From contig NC_088855.1 of assembly GCF_963853765.1 (NCBI RefSeq), positions 48,918,001 through 48,982,000 on the forward strand: 64,000 nt of DNA, read 5' to 3'. The stretch comes from Magallana gigas. Its lineage: Eukaryota. The notes beneath the pieces are model-generated. The model searched no databases. It was not told where the DNA came from and saw only the letters and a program-made list of their open reading frames with translations. The position numbers were made by a program, and so were the translations under genes. Every line of letters begins with the position of its first letter. Positions within the stretch are counted from its first letter, which is position 1. Shown here in pieces: positions 1-12,900 of the stretch.

Positions 1-3000
1 CATTCCCCAACGTGGCCTTAGCTAAAGTAAGATCACATTTTCAATTATCATTTTAGCTCACCTGACCTGAGAATTCTAATATAGTCAAAATTTACCAGAA
101 AAAGCATGAAATAAAAATCATTTTTATTCGACATGAGAAGAAAGAGCTTGTATTTAGTGGCGCATTTTTTCAAAAATTTTCAAAAATAGTTTGATTTACA
201 ACAGAGGTATTAACTTACGCAAAACACAGTTGTTTGTTTGGAGTCCTACGCAATCGATGCTTGTACATCCTTGTTTTGGTATGAAGAAGATTTGCAATTA
301 TATTTGATATAAAATAACAACTTATAACATCACTACAGGTGTACGGAACAGACAAACAGGTACCCGAGTCTGCGCAGACAGCCACAGCATTGTTATGTGG
401 TGAAAAGACAAATTTCAATCTCTTAGGGTTAAAGGACTCTGTCGGGACCTCGGACTGCAGCGCTTATATAAGTCAAGGAGAGGAAGCGGAAATCGACTCA
501 ATCATAAGACAAGCCATAGAACAAGGTAATAATTGGTTTTTTTTCTTTTAAAGGGATTGGAAGAGAGTTTTAATTGATTGTTTTAACTGAAATTAGCGTT
601 GTTTAACAGGTAAATCTGCGGGAGTTGTGACGACTGCTAGGCTCACCCACGCCACTCCCGCCGCTACATACGCCCACTCGCCAGATAGGAACTGGGAATC
701 GGACGCCGACATTGGTCCGGCAAACGGAGCCTGCAAAGACATTGCACAGCAGCTTATTGACAATAACCATGATATACAGGTAGTGAAGTGGGATAATTAA
801 ACTAATGGCTGTCCGTTCTCTGGATAGAGGAGAGTAATTTAGTGGCGTAGGAAATTTTGAAAAGCTAAAATAAAGAAGATGGATGGATAAGGCGTGTAAA
901 ATGCCCATACGCGGTCGGACAGGCTACTGAAAAATTAAAATTTTAATAAATCTGATGGGTTTTTTTTAAATCATTGAAAACAATATATATTTAACGAATC
1001 ATTGATTTGTAACCTGTAGGTATGTTCAATACTTGGAATATGTTGACTCAAACAGGCGTGTACGTATCAAAACCTGCAAATACTGTCATTTTTTAGATTT
1101 TCAGGGCATTTTCTTTTATAGAGTGGGTCTGTGCTCCATATTTTTCTCATAGTCTAATTAAAGTCTGTTGGAAAACAAACCGATTTCAATCAACAAAAAT
1201 GTGGAGAGATGACCCACTATACATTAAAAATATCGTTTTGTATCCCAACAATTGAACGTTTTGAAAAAATAATACAAGTCCGGTAGTTCGTGGCCTTAGT
1301 CACACATAATATTTAAAAAGCCCACTTTGTTGTGCCTGAAATGGCTCAGTGGTTAGAGCACCTCGCATAAGCTAACCTTAAATATCTAGGGTTTTATGTT
1401 ACGGGTTCGATACCACCAAAATTTCAGACAATATTTTTTTTCTTATTTTTTGTTAAATACATTAAAAACTGACTATAGTTAAAAATTTTGCTTTTGCAAA
1501 GTTTTACTATAATATATTTGAATAGATTTAATTGGGGAAAAATAAATTCAAAATTGTATTTCACTACTAAACCGAATGGGCATTTGCGCCATCTTATTCC
1601 CCCATCTTCTTTCTATTACATCAAGGTTTTGCTTGGAGGGGGTCGCCGTGCCTTTCTACCAGTTTCCGAACCCGATCCTGAAACAAATGCCCCAGGCGTT
1701 AACAAGCGGATGGATGGTCGAAATCTAGTGGATGATTGGGAGTCAATACAACAAGGGAAAAACAATAATTACAGATATGTCTGGAAGAAGCAAGACTTTG
1801 ACGATGTAGACCCTGATGAAGTAGATTTTCTATTGGGTAGGAGGGACTCATGAACTTTTATTAAATTGTTCTATTGACCATGTTCATTTCTTTTCTTTTT
1901 TCTTTTTCTTTTTTTTTTAGGGGGGGGGGGTTACAATGATTAATTATCATTGTGACATTTTTAAGGGACTATACGGTTTTCTTCACAGGACTATTTAGTC
2001 CATCGCACATGCAATATGAACTGGAGCGAGACACCAGCGGCGACGGGGAACCTTCTTTGGCGGAGATGACAGACAAGGCCATCAAGATACTGAGGCGCAA
2101 CAAAAACGGATTCGCACTTATGGTGGAAGGTAATAAGTTGTGTATCTTATATTTTGATTAAAGACGGTTCGTTTGTAATTTATATATCTGCTCTACAACC
2201 ACCCAACATGTTAAAGGTGGGAATATCTTTTATCTTTAAACCGATACATCTCAATCTCGAAAGGAACGTGTATGAAAGTCAATCAATACGTAACAAAAAA
2301 CCACAGCACGATATACGATTAACGTATTAAACTCATAAATCCCAAGAAATTATAATCTTCTTAAGATAACTTATAAATCATTATGAACAGCAGTACAGAG
2401 AGAACAGTAAGTACCATTACCGCCATTTTATTTTTGATAAACGCAATAACCATGATAACCAACCAAACGTGCACATAAAATACAACCATTAGGAAGTATT
2501 GAAAAGGGATTTAAAATCTGATTAAGAATAACCTGTGGTTTTATCACTATTCATGGACATCATCCACTTCCTTTAATATTGTAAACCATCAAATCAACGA
2601 AATATCAAATATGAAATTTTGTTAATCCCACCACCACATTTTTTTTTTGCTTTATTTCCTAATTCAGTTAGAGTGTGATTTCCAAACTCCGCCCAAGGAA
2701 CTGCACGATACTTGGTGCAGTACTCGGAATATATTTGATGAAACCACAGTACAATGATATAGACAAAAGCCATTAAAACATTCTATACCATATAAAACTA
2801 ACAAAACAAAATGTCTTGCTTTGTTGTAGGTGGTAGAATAGACCATGCCCACCATGAAAACAAGGCGAAGAAATCTTTAGAAGAGGCGGTACAATTTGAG
2901 GAGGCAATCAAAATGGCGATGTCATTAATAGATCAGAAGGACACTCTGGTAGTCGTGACGGCAGACCACTCTCATCCCTTCTCCTTGACTGGGTACACAA

Positions 3001-3665
3001 ACAGGGGAAACCCTATTCTTGGTAAACATAACTTTTATATTATNNNNNNNNNNNNNNNNNNNNNNNNNNNNNNNNNNNNNNNNNNNNNNNNNNNNNNNNN
3101 NNNNNNNNNNNNNNNNNNNNNNNNNNNNNNNNNNNNNNNNNNNNNNNNNNNNNNNNNNNNNNNNNNNNNNNNNNNNNNNNNNNNNNNNNNTTGTAGGTTT
3201 GGTTGATCCATTGGGGATTAATATTGAGCCCACCTTAGATGGTTTGCCATACACCTCACTTCTGTACGGCAATGGTCCTGGTTACACATCTCCACGTCAG
3301 GATCTAACTGGAGTAGATACAGGTAATTCACCCCCCCCCCCCCCTCTGGTTCTACATCTGTCACTCAGACTGTCATCATCTCGCTCATGCACATGGCTTT
3401 CTTTAACATTTCACATATTGTGATTTTAGAAACAACAGACTTCATACAGCAGTCTGCCGTACCACTTGAATTCGACACACACAGCGGAGAGGATGTCGGG
3501 ATATACGCGCTGGGTCCCATGTCGCATCTGTTTCATGGCGTCCACGAGCAGCATTACGTCGCCCACGTGATTCAGTACGCTGCTTGTATTGGAGAGTATG
3601 CCAAAAATTGTCGCAAGAAATCTGGAACATTGAGAAGCGTTATTCACGGAAACCCAGAGGTTTAA
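1..3665 (+). CDS. ALPL: Alkaline phosphatase, tissue-nonspecific-like (ALP-1), multi-exon, 5' end outside the window; no hydrophobic C-terminal GPI signal
   Basis: Exons <1-26, 339-525, 610-779, 1626-1836, 1989-2129, 2830-3021, 3197-3322, 3430-3665, all GT-AG with matching phases. Motifs [19 protein letters not shown] (catalytic Ser 369-371), [54 protein letters not shown]. Symbol is family-level only. Confidence 0.95.
1335..1420 (+). mobile_element. tRNA-derived SINE-like / pseudo-tRNA head in an ALP-1 intron
   Basis: A-box-like TGGCTCAGTGG (1342-1352, continuing TTAGAGCA) and B-box GGTTCGATACC (1404-1414). The spacing is too long and no clean acceptor stem is visible for a functional tRNA. 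Confidence 0.6.
3044..3190. other. Assembly gap (147 N) inside an ALP-1 intron
   Basis: Run of N between the donor at 3022 and the acceptor at 3195-3196. The paralogous ALP-2 intron has no exon at this position. Confidence 0.99.
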
Positions 3666-3750
3666 AAAATTCATGATACTAGTAATGAGGACTGTACTGT
3701 CATTGATTTTCAAAAAAGTTTTCAACAGCAGATTTATGTAAATTTTATGC

Positions 3751-3756
3751 AATAAA
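3751..3756 (+). terminator. Candidate polyadenylation signal of ALP-1
   Basis: AATAAA about 85 nt after the TAA stop at 3663-3665. Confidence 0.5.
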
Positions 3757-4811
3757 CAGAGTTCCACAATGCATTTAAGTTAATCTGGTGTGCAGTAAGG
3801 TCTACTTCTCTTGATATCTTGCAGATCTAAAACCCTTATTGTAACCCTTTACTACAAGCTAACTTTTACATTCCATGTACAAATCATGCAATCTAATATT
3901 CATGAACAGAACTTCAACAAATGTAAGATTTAAACCCGGTACTTTATGTTACACGTTTTTAACCACTCGTGATCGTTATTGTATGAATGAATTTGAAACA
4001 CCAAACTTTCTTTCATCTTTCAAGTTTCAATTTTTAAATGAAGAGTGACTCAATTTTATTCAGAGGTTTTACCTATAGAATTTATCACTTGATTTAAACA
4101 TTACTAGATGATATCCCGGGAATTAACACTTTACACAATAATATGATACAATGCTTAATATGCTGGACCATATATTTTTCATTTTTGTATATACTGTATC
4201 CGAAAATTTTCTTAACTTAAAATTGAAATAAAAAGCGAACTGCATGGCCGGATACTTAGAGGAGCGAACAATCTAAACTGAAATGGATGATATAATTATA
4301 CACGTACGTGACCTTAATTCTTTTTGTCGCAGCTAACTGGAATATAACCCCCAAAAAACCCTTTTTTCTCAAACCAGTGAGTGGTCACTTAGTGAATCGT
4401 ATTTCTAAGTTTGAAAAATATCAAATTTATTAAGCTAAAATCTATTAATTTTTTCTTAACTAAATAATAGTTAACAGCTTAAAACATAATATCTGAAAAT
4501 TTAGCATTGATCTGATGCCTTATTTTTTTACCATCCAACTTCCATAACTTCGATAGTATTTTGTACTGAATGGCAAAAAGGATAATGTTTAGAAACATTA
4601 TCAAATAAAGTTTACTACAAGTATTTACTTAAAATTTCTGAATGATAATAGAGTACGTGTATATCCTTCAGATTTCAAACCCATAGAGTTATCTGACGAT
4701 TGGCCATGGAATGCATACACCGTTATTAAATAACGAATTGTTTTTAATTTCATACTATTATATCATGTTACTATAGTAATTTGAATCAAGGAATTCGTTT
4801 TGATAATATAT

Positions 4812-5134
4812 AAATAGTGCCTGTTTGGGAGGGTAAGCGCGAAGCGGAGGTTGACAATGGTTTTCGAGGGGTGTTAATTTCAACTGTTATCCTACCAAAC
4901 ATGCACTATTTATTTTGTTATACTGAATGTCTTAATTTTAAAGAAAACTTAACTGCTTTTACATAGGAATAACGTGAATTCTACGGCGAACCGTATGCGC
5001 ATAATTTTCGCGCATGTAACAATTTTTTATGTTACCCGTTGCTAAGTGCGTTGCTAACGCTGAGGGTAATAGAACAGATTATGAACTGCGTCTAAACCAA
5101 TCAGATTTCAGTATTTAACATAAAAGTATAACAA
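4812..5134 (+). mobile_element. Non-autonomous palindromic (long-hairpin) element, copy 1; left hairpin arm partly deleted
   Basis: High similarity to the reverse complement of 30738-31091; hairpin apex CGCGAAGCG at 4838-4846; tail containing AAACCAATCAGATTTCAG. Confidence 0.85.
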
Positions 5135-5326
5135 AAACATATGTTGACCAGCAAAACTTTTTATCGGCATATATAGAGGCTGCTTTCTAAAAAAGTTTAA
5201 TTTTGATATGCTAGTATATAATATGTTCTTGCATTCAAATTTATATAAACATTTTAGCCTAAATAAGCCATACACATGTATATACATTTTATATGAATGA
5301 AAAAAGAACACAAATTGAAAAGTCAC

Positions 5327-5332
5327 TTTATT
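5327..5332 (-). terminator. Polyadenylation signal overlapping the Kazal gene stop codon (TGAATAAA)
   Basis: Minus strand reads CCA TGA ATAAA. Confidence 0.6.
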
Positions 5333-6981
5333 CATGGGTGGAAGGGGTTTCCACTGCAGTTACCATAGTGAACAATATGTATGGAGCGGTGCGTACACCG
5401 GGCTTTCTCAAACTCGCACCTGTAAATTTAACACATTTTACAAATTACATTTTTTTTCTCAATAAGATGGTACATGTAAAACTGAAAAAAAAAGTTATAA
5501 TCATGAATAACATTATAATCATGTCAAAAAAGAAAAGAATAAGAAACGTTGATAAAGTGCGACCGTTAGATTTGGACGACTTTTGTTCGACTGATAACTA
5601 CATTATCGTAGCATTCTGATACTCTCTATTTTTGGAAGACGGAATCATTCATTCAGTATTATGGGGTGATCAAATACAGTCGGGAATTATCAAATCTATC
5701 GAAAAGCATTAGATTTTATCACCCAGATTGTCTTTGATCATCTCATAATATTCAAAGAATGATTTCTTTATTACTATTTCCAATTTTAACACTTTAAAAC
5801 AACATTATTTAAAAACCACTTTTTTATGTAGCACATGCTATGTATTACATGTACTACGCGGTGCAGCCAATACCGTTTTCGGTTATGCTATAAGACACGC
5901 CCATTTTGTGGCACTCATGTTTTAAGAAGTTATCGGATTTTAGGGTTCAACATTAATTCGTAATGTTATCACTGACAGAGACAGTTGAAAATGTAAATAT
6001 ATGGTATTCGAGGAAAGAATCAGAGAGATTTCTGTAGATATAATTTTTATCCGCTCAATCAAAGTATTTGTACATGTAATAAGGTACATGTATACCATGA
6101 TATATTTAATACTTACGGATTAGTGTAGGTTATCGTATCATTGCCACATACGGGGTTTGATGCAGCATCACATGCTTTAAAGGCAAGATTAAAACAGAAA
6201 AAGTCCAGCACAGCCTCGCTTCCGTGCAAGATAGGGGCAAGAGTGCTCGGAAGAGGGTGGCTCGTCACAACACCGCCAGGTGGCGCGGTGGTAGGCGGTG
6301 GGACGGTGGTCGTTGGACAAGCTGAGTGCGATGCTACGTGGATAGATTTGTCATCACAGTGAGCCTTGGAAAAATCACACCTTGATTGAAAAAAGATTAA
6401 ATTCATTATGTTTTTTGGGAGAAATTTTAAATATGAAAACCAGAATTGAGATTTGTTGCAATAACAAGACAAATGCATTAATTCCCCCGGGAATTTCACA
6501 CTTTTTCGCTGCAAAAAGTTACTTAAAGGCCTTGAACGCCTGACTCCTCCACCCCTCTAGCAAACAAAACTAAACTAAAACACAAACCCCCCTTTGAAAA
6601 AAATAAATTCTTGATCTACGTTCGGAAACTCTTTTTTTTAAAATCGTCTATTCCCATACACAGTGTAACATAAATTGTTTTACTATCAAAATGAAATACG
6701 TGTAAATATTGATGGGATATTTTATTATTGACCTGTTCCTGTAGGTGACGCCATTTGAGCCACACTCAGGGTTACTGCCATATTGATAACAATCCTCTTT
6801 AAGAATACTGGCACACGTGTTGAAATTAAAGAACTGGGCACTCGCCACTGTAAATAAATTCCATAATATATATACTAGTTTGTTGCATAACCTCATATTG
6901 AAAATGTACATTCGATAGGTTTTTTAAAAGTTACAAACCTGAAATTAGTAGAACTGGAGCCAGAAATATCAAAAGAGCCAT
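5332..6981 (-). CDS. Secreted two-domain Kazal-type serine protease inhibitor-like protein, 169 aa
   Basis: Exons 6981-6939, 6847-6733, 6380-6117, 5419-5332 (510 nt, GT-AG, phases 1/2/2). Signal peptide MALLIFLAPVLLISVASA; two six-Cys Kazal patterns (C-x7-C-x8/7-CG-x9-C-x6-C-x12-C) separated by a Thr/Pro-rich linker. Confidence 0.9.
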
Positions 6982-7339
6982 GTTGGTCAATGCAGTGTAC
7001 TGTATTGTTGTGAAACAAAGATAAGAAAATTATGTCGGGAGATCACGAAGTTTGATTATACTCATGGTGATAATCAAAGGTTATGAAACGTGTGAGGATA
7101 GAGAAATTTTCTAACTTAACCATGATTTAAAAAAATAACTTTATGATCAATTACTATAACGAAACTTATGCAAAAAATATAAGCATGCAAAGTTTGAAAT
7201 CTCATGCTAAAATTGAAATCTAGATAAAACTTCGTTATTTAAATTCGGACAGAGAGGGGGGGGGGTGCAGGATTCGTTTTTTTTTTTTTTTTTACTTTTG
7301 ACAGTTTTCAATTTCCCCCTATTATCAAGTGTCTCCTGC

Positions 7340-7346
7340 TTTTATA
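7340..7346 (-). promoter_or_regulatory. Candidate TATA box of the Kazal gene
   Basis: TATAAAA on the minus strand, followed by a possible short non-coding exon ending at a GTAAAA donor (7295) and an acceptor (7000-7001) just before the ATG. Confidence 0.45.
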
Positions 7347-7539
7347 CCAGTCGGTAATCAAGAGTTTGGGGTATTAATATTGCAGTGTTGCATTGCTTTA
7401 TGATGAATCATTTAAAAAAACTTTTATACATGTAATTTGATTTTTTTAACGCAACTTTACAGAACATCCTCAAATCCAAAGGGCATGTTTAAAAACTGTC
7501 TGTATAACATATACACATAGAAATAAGATACCGTGGAAA

Positions 7540-8130
7540 TCTCGTTGATGGGCTCATACCAGGCTTGGTAAAATTGCATCATATTTTTCTTGATTCATTT
7601 GGCAACATCCGCAAGTGTAGACAACATGCCTTCACAAGCTGCATTACATTATGGGTAAACTATCATCTTATAACAACATGCAATACGCTTTAGTTGATCT
7701 TTGTATTTTCATTGCATTGGTAAGACTCCTGACCATTATACGATACTGAATCTGTAACCAATATTATATATTGGTAATCTTCCTTTGGTTTGGCACCCAT
7801 GCCAAACTGGCCATATGGTATCTTTAAAAAGAACCTTGTACTGTTAATGGATGCATTGGCGCATGTCGAGCTGATGTATCTCTCTAGAATAATCCTTTAT
7901 AAGTTTTCGAGCCACAGAAACTGAGAAATGTCGTTATTCATATAGCTAACGTGATAAATATTGCAGCGTTTGAATTATTTTTCTATGGATTCCTTTAATT
8001 TTATTCCGTTATGAGATATAATGTGTCCTAAATAAGTAACTTCTGGTTTTGTAAATGAACAAAAATTACTACATTTGATTCTCGTAGACAATGAAATGTT
8101 CTCTCGTGTCAAACACAATTTTTAATTAAA
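7540..8130 (-). mobile_element. Decayed Ty3/Gypsy-type pol (reverse transcriptase C-terminal) fragment
   Basis: Minus strand around 8011-8070 translates CSFTKPEVTYLGHIISHNGIK, matching the Gypsy RT motif KCxFxxxEVxYLGHxIS. Surrounding frames are broken by stops. Confidence 0.55.
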
Positions 8131-9979
8131 CGATTCGCTGGAAAGTCTCCAGAAATCCGAGAAACAGTGATTAATTTTCTATTAGGATTTGCAAATTTGT
8201 AAATTTCATTCGGCTAATTATGACATCCGGTAAAGCCAAAATTCATTTAATTCATATTATAACATTTGTTGACTTTGTTCAATTTTTTTCATTTTTTTTT
8301 TATTTTCTAGCTTTACATTATATACTTTGTAAATGATTTCGCTTTTCATCTTTTGTTCTGTTACATTTTCCGGTTCCGGCAAGTTATACCGGTATATCCA
8401 AGGGAACGTGTATTTATTTTGACAAACCAACCGTATACCTCAATCCAAAGAATACCGACCTCGTGATAAGTCCTTATTTACTGAAGCTTCCGGCGGTCAA
8501 TTGAATGTTATTGTTAGAAGCATTCGCGACATGCATAAACAATCGCTTACTAGATTTATTTCTGTTTTGATGAGATATCTTCGTGTATTTCCGGTTGGTT
8601 CTTACAAAATAGGTTTATGTCTATACAAGACAATTTGGTTCGATGATCTTTGTTATGAAATTCAAGATAGTAAATGAAACACATTAATGAAATTAAAACA
8701 CTGTTTCGATTTTTTTATTAGCTCAATATGACTTTACCCCCCCCCCCCCAATATGTAATTTAAAGTTATTTTTCATTTTCATTCATTTAATTTTCTCAAA
8801 CTGATTTTATTTTTAACAATATTCAAGTAGAGACAAGATGGTTATGCCGTAATAATGAGATATTTTTCGTAGTTAATTAAAAGTAATTTTTTATGGCGTT
8901 ATTCGACTTTCGTGTTCAATATCAGTCATCACAATGTCAAATAATGTACATATAAATTGTTGTCATTGTCACAGCAGGAGTATATATTTTATGTGAAGAG
9001 ATACTAGTTCCGTTGCCTCAGAATAATCGCCAGAATATTAAAAAGTTGAAGTAAAATGTTGAATCTAATATATAGCTTATTTCAGATATAAAGAATAATG
9101 TTCTTATAAAACCGGGTTGAGATTGAAATATGAATTAGCGGAAAGTTAAACGAATTTGCAATGTGAATTATGTTCTATCATAATTTCTTTTGGGATTTTA
9201 CGACCATGTCAGACACAACCGAATAAGCAGACAAAACACTCAATAATATTTAAGGATTTTCAAATAAAAAAGACTTGTTTGATTTTTAGAGTGTGGCTTT
9301 TTCTTGCATATATTGAAGTAAACTGGTTTCTCATGACAAGATGGTAAATCCTCAACACCTACTCGCAGAATGATGTACTCATTGTGGTAAAATCAGACAT
9401 TAGAAATAAATATTTAAGTCTGTGGTACAGTTTGAATAGCACACCGGTGATGCCTTTTACTAGTATTCAGTTTTCAAAACGGGTTATTAACTATGTTGAC
9501 TTTAGATATCATTGAGTATTCCGTAAAATCAAACAGAAATTCATTCGGGGGGGGGGGGGGGGGGTTATCAATGGTGCGTACGTACATGTATATATACATT
9601 CATAAAACAAAGAAATAAAATACTGTCTATACCAAATATCTGTTACAAATTCATAAGAAGCTGGATTTCGAAAAAAATCGACCCTTGTATATACTAGTAT
9701 ATATATGCCATTTTCTAAAATTTTTGGCTGGACGCATTTAGACATTATCGCTACCCATAGAACCCATCTTCATTGTATACATAGCCATGGGCGATGATCC
9801 GCATTAAAGACTACGAGAGGAAGTGAGCGGATATTAACCTTGGCTATTGAAGATGTTAAGAAATTCATGGTGTTCCAAGCAAATGAACTTATAGTACGGA
9901 GAACGTTTTGAATTCTGCTCCGTGTGTTCGTTTAAACCATTTAAATACATTTGGTTTGTGGACCGCCGTAGTAAGCAAA

Positions 9980-12900
9980 ATGTGGCGAAGGGTGTTTGTT
10001 GTGTTGCTGCCTATTTTCGGTAAGTTATTTTTTTATGTAATGAAAACTATATTTCGGGAATGTTAGGAACATGTAATTTATGAACTTAAAGAAAACATAT
10101 GCAATATGCATATAGGCATTGTTCTAGGGTTGTCCCGACGATTTTCAAGCCAGGCATTTGCAAGAGATTGTAAATGCATTGGTTGAGCAGCATAGTAGAT
10201 GGAAGCTGTAATACCTACGTTCTTGTACATTTGCCAGGACTGTAACGATCATAAGTTGAATCTCTGATTATTGTTCTTTTAGAACCTTTCATTTAGAGTT
10301 GCTCTATCAGGATCGTTCACCTATTACCTGTTTCTCAATTCAACATCAATGTTTGTTAAATAGCATAAAATTTGTGTGTTTTCATGCCTAGGCATGCGCT
10401 TTATACGGATTAAATGATGGGTGTATGAGCAGGACATCTAGTGTCTGGGCCGATAGAATTTACATTTCCAATCTAAATAGCATACATTTAAACCTGCTTC
10501 TATAGTGCAAACAAAAAAACCCCAATGAATATGAACTTTAAAAAGTAGACGATGTCAATGTTGGCACGACTTTTTTATAACGAGTTTTAAAGTTGTAATA
10601 AAATGGGCATGCAGTGTTCAATGCACTCATAGTGTACAACGCAGTTTGAAAAACTACGCAATTGAATTTTTCTTTCAAAGTATGTTAATTTTGAGCCCAA
10701 GTCAGCCCATTTTGAAAAAAAATAATAATTTCATTTCAAAGTGCATTATATATCGTGGATAGTTTAGTAATACTTTTACTTACATGTACAATAAATAATT
10801 GTTTAACCTTGTTTAGTTCAATATATAAACTTGTCATTCGTTATTAGGATTTCCATGTAACAATTACTTTTAAAAATGTAAAATCAATTTGTTTAAAAGT
10901 TTATTAGATTTGTTTTCTTTTAAAGTACAGTCAATAAAGCGCTTTTGTAAAATTATTATTCTTGATATTGTTTGTTGTCAGATGTATATGTAACTACTTT
11001 TTGTGTATATAGAACCAAACTGACTGTAAGGTGCCGTGGCTTGGGGTGCATATGGCTATGTTCACAAGTCTCTTGTCGTTGTCTTGACTTTAGGGCCGAG
11101 AGTCCGATACCCGCTGGTGGTGCATTTAGATTTTCCTTAAAACATCCGCCGTGTTCTATCTCGACATAGTATGGTTATGCTGTATAAATCTTCTGTATAT
11201 CATACAAATAGAGGAGCAGTGTGTATATAGAGAAAACGTGACAGAAGTCATGATAAATAATGATAATACCCCATCATATACATTTGACATTGTGAAGCTA
11301 TTTTTGTAGTCGGAGACGGTTTCCGTCTTGCCAAACCCACCATACTCTTCAGATCTAGGTTATATCACCTGTTCAAATAGATGATTAGTGATATCACCTA
11401 TTTCAATAAATGATATCACTAAATGATAATAAATACTAAAACTACGCCTAATACCATCGTTTGGTCAACTCTTTTTTTCAAAATCATCTTTATTTACAGC
11501 AAAGTTTATCCCTTTTCCAGTTTTTAACATATACTTAAATTTGTTTGCTGAATACAAGATGTTTAGGAGGTAAAGATGGGGGTGAGGGATTCTTTCAGTG
11601 ATCAATTTGAATTACGTACTGATGATTGAACTTTATCTTGGTTGTCCTCTCTCCGTTTTCAAAGATGGTTAATCATATTTCCATTGCTGTTTACAAGTTA
11701 TCACACTGTTAATGCGTTTGATTTAAACTGTATAATTTGCACAAAGTTTATAACTTTTGTAGCTTAACGGAAAATGCAGACATTTCTTTCTTTAACTACA
11801 TGCTTCCTATGCAGTTTTCTCGAAGTTCTTATCGGAAAAGTCCGAGAATTCATATAAAAAATGTGCGTATTTCAAATACATAAAAGAAACTACTTGTTAT
11901 GCAGAATAACATATCGTTGATTTAAAAGAAATAATAATCGATAAATCAACTCCCTTCAGTACCTCAGTACTTTGATTGTAGATGTATTTACATAAAATCA
12001 AGGTATGGAAGCATATTCGTAGTCTAGACAACCAAACATTATGGATATTGATCACTATTAATACTGCACGTTAATTTGTATAAAGATAGTTTTCTGATCT
12101 AAAGCAAACTAGATTTACACAAGCGTCAAAAGAATGTCCACAATTCATTTGTTTCCCTTTTATAAAATACGTATGCCTTAAAATGTTGAGTTGAAATGAT
12201 TGCATTACATTGTAACAATTTTCACAGATATACAAACAAAGCGAATTTTTTTTTTTACTGATTACTGAACAAAACATAAGAGACAAAGACAAACACACAA
12301 ACATACACTCATTCACTCACACACACATTCAAAGTGTACAAAGTCAAATCAAAGTACTGAAGAACTGATGGGAGCTGATTTTGTCGATGTTTATTTATTT
12401 TAAAATCACTAATATGTTATTTTGCATGACAAGTACATGTAGTTTCTAATTTGAATTACGCACATTTTTATAATTGAATTTTTGTACTTTTTCGACAAGA
12501 GTGTCGAGAAACCCCCATATGAATCATGTTAAATAATATTTAAAGATAAAATTAATTCAATCAAACTATGTATCAGTAATAGAAATATTTCTCGAAAATT
12601 GCATGGATCCAAGCAATATTGAACTCTAGTCTCGTTCAACCAAACGCTCGACTGACACCGTAAAACTCCGACAAGGATTTACGGAGACAGCCGAGCGTCG
12701 AGTTGAACGAGACCATTTTGAACTCTGGCTTAGGAATACATACGAGTCGTAAAAAAAATCATATGCTAGTAATCATCATTTTGAAGAAAAAAAAATCCAT
12801 TCTTAGTTATGCATACATGTAATTAAATTGTGTTTGGGTGATGAATTAAGGAGAGAGAGAGAAAAAAAAATACAAACCAATGTTATGCCAAAGTTATACA

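Noticed and set aside
49-70. TTTTAGCTCACCTGA, resembling a HINE 5' end
   Set aside because: Too short, and no matching subTIR or 3' stem-loop was found, so it is not listed as an element.
1335-1420. Functional tRNA gene
   Set aside because: A and B boxes are present but the cloverleaf cannot be completed; treated as a tRNA-derived repeat.
3044-3190. Hidden ALP-1 exon in the N gap
   Set aside because: The flanking exons join in frame exactly as in ALP-2, whose corresponding intron is 167 nt.
11295-11335. Frame reading [10 protein letters not shown], similar to the ALP motif VILFIGDG
   Set aside because: Only a few residues match, with no convincing splice sites or flanking homology; likely chance.
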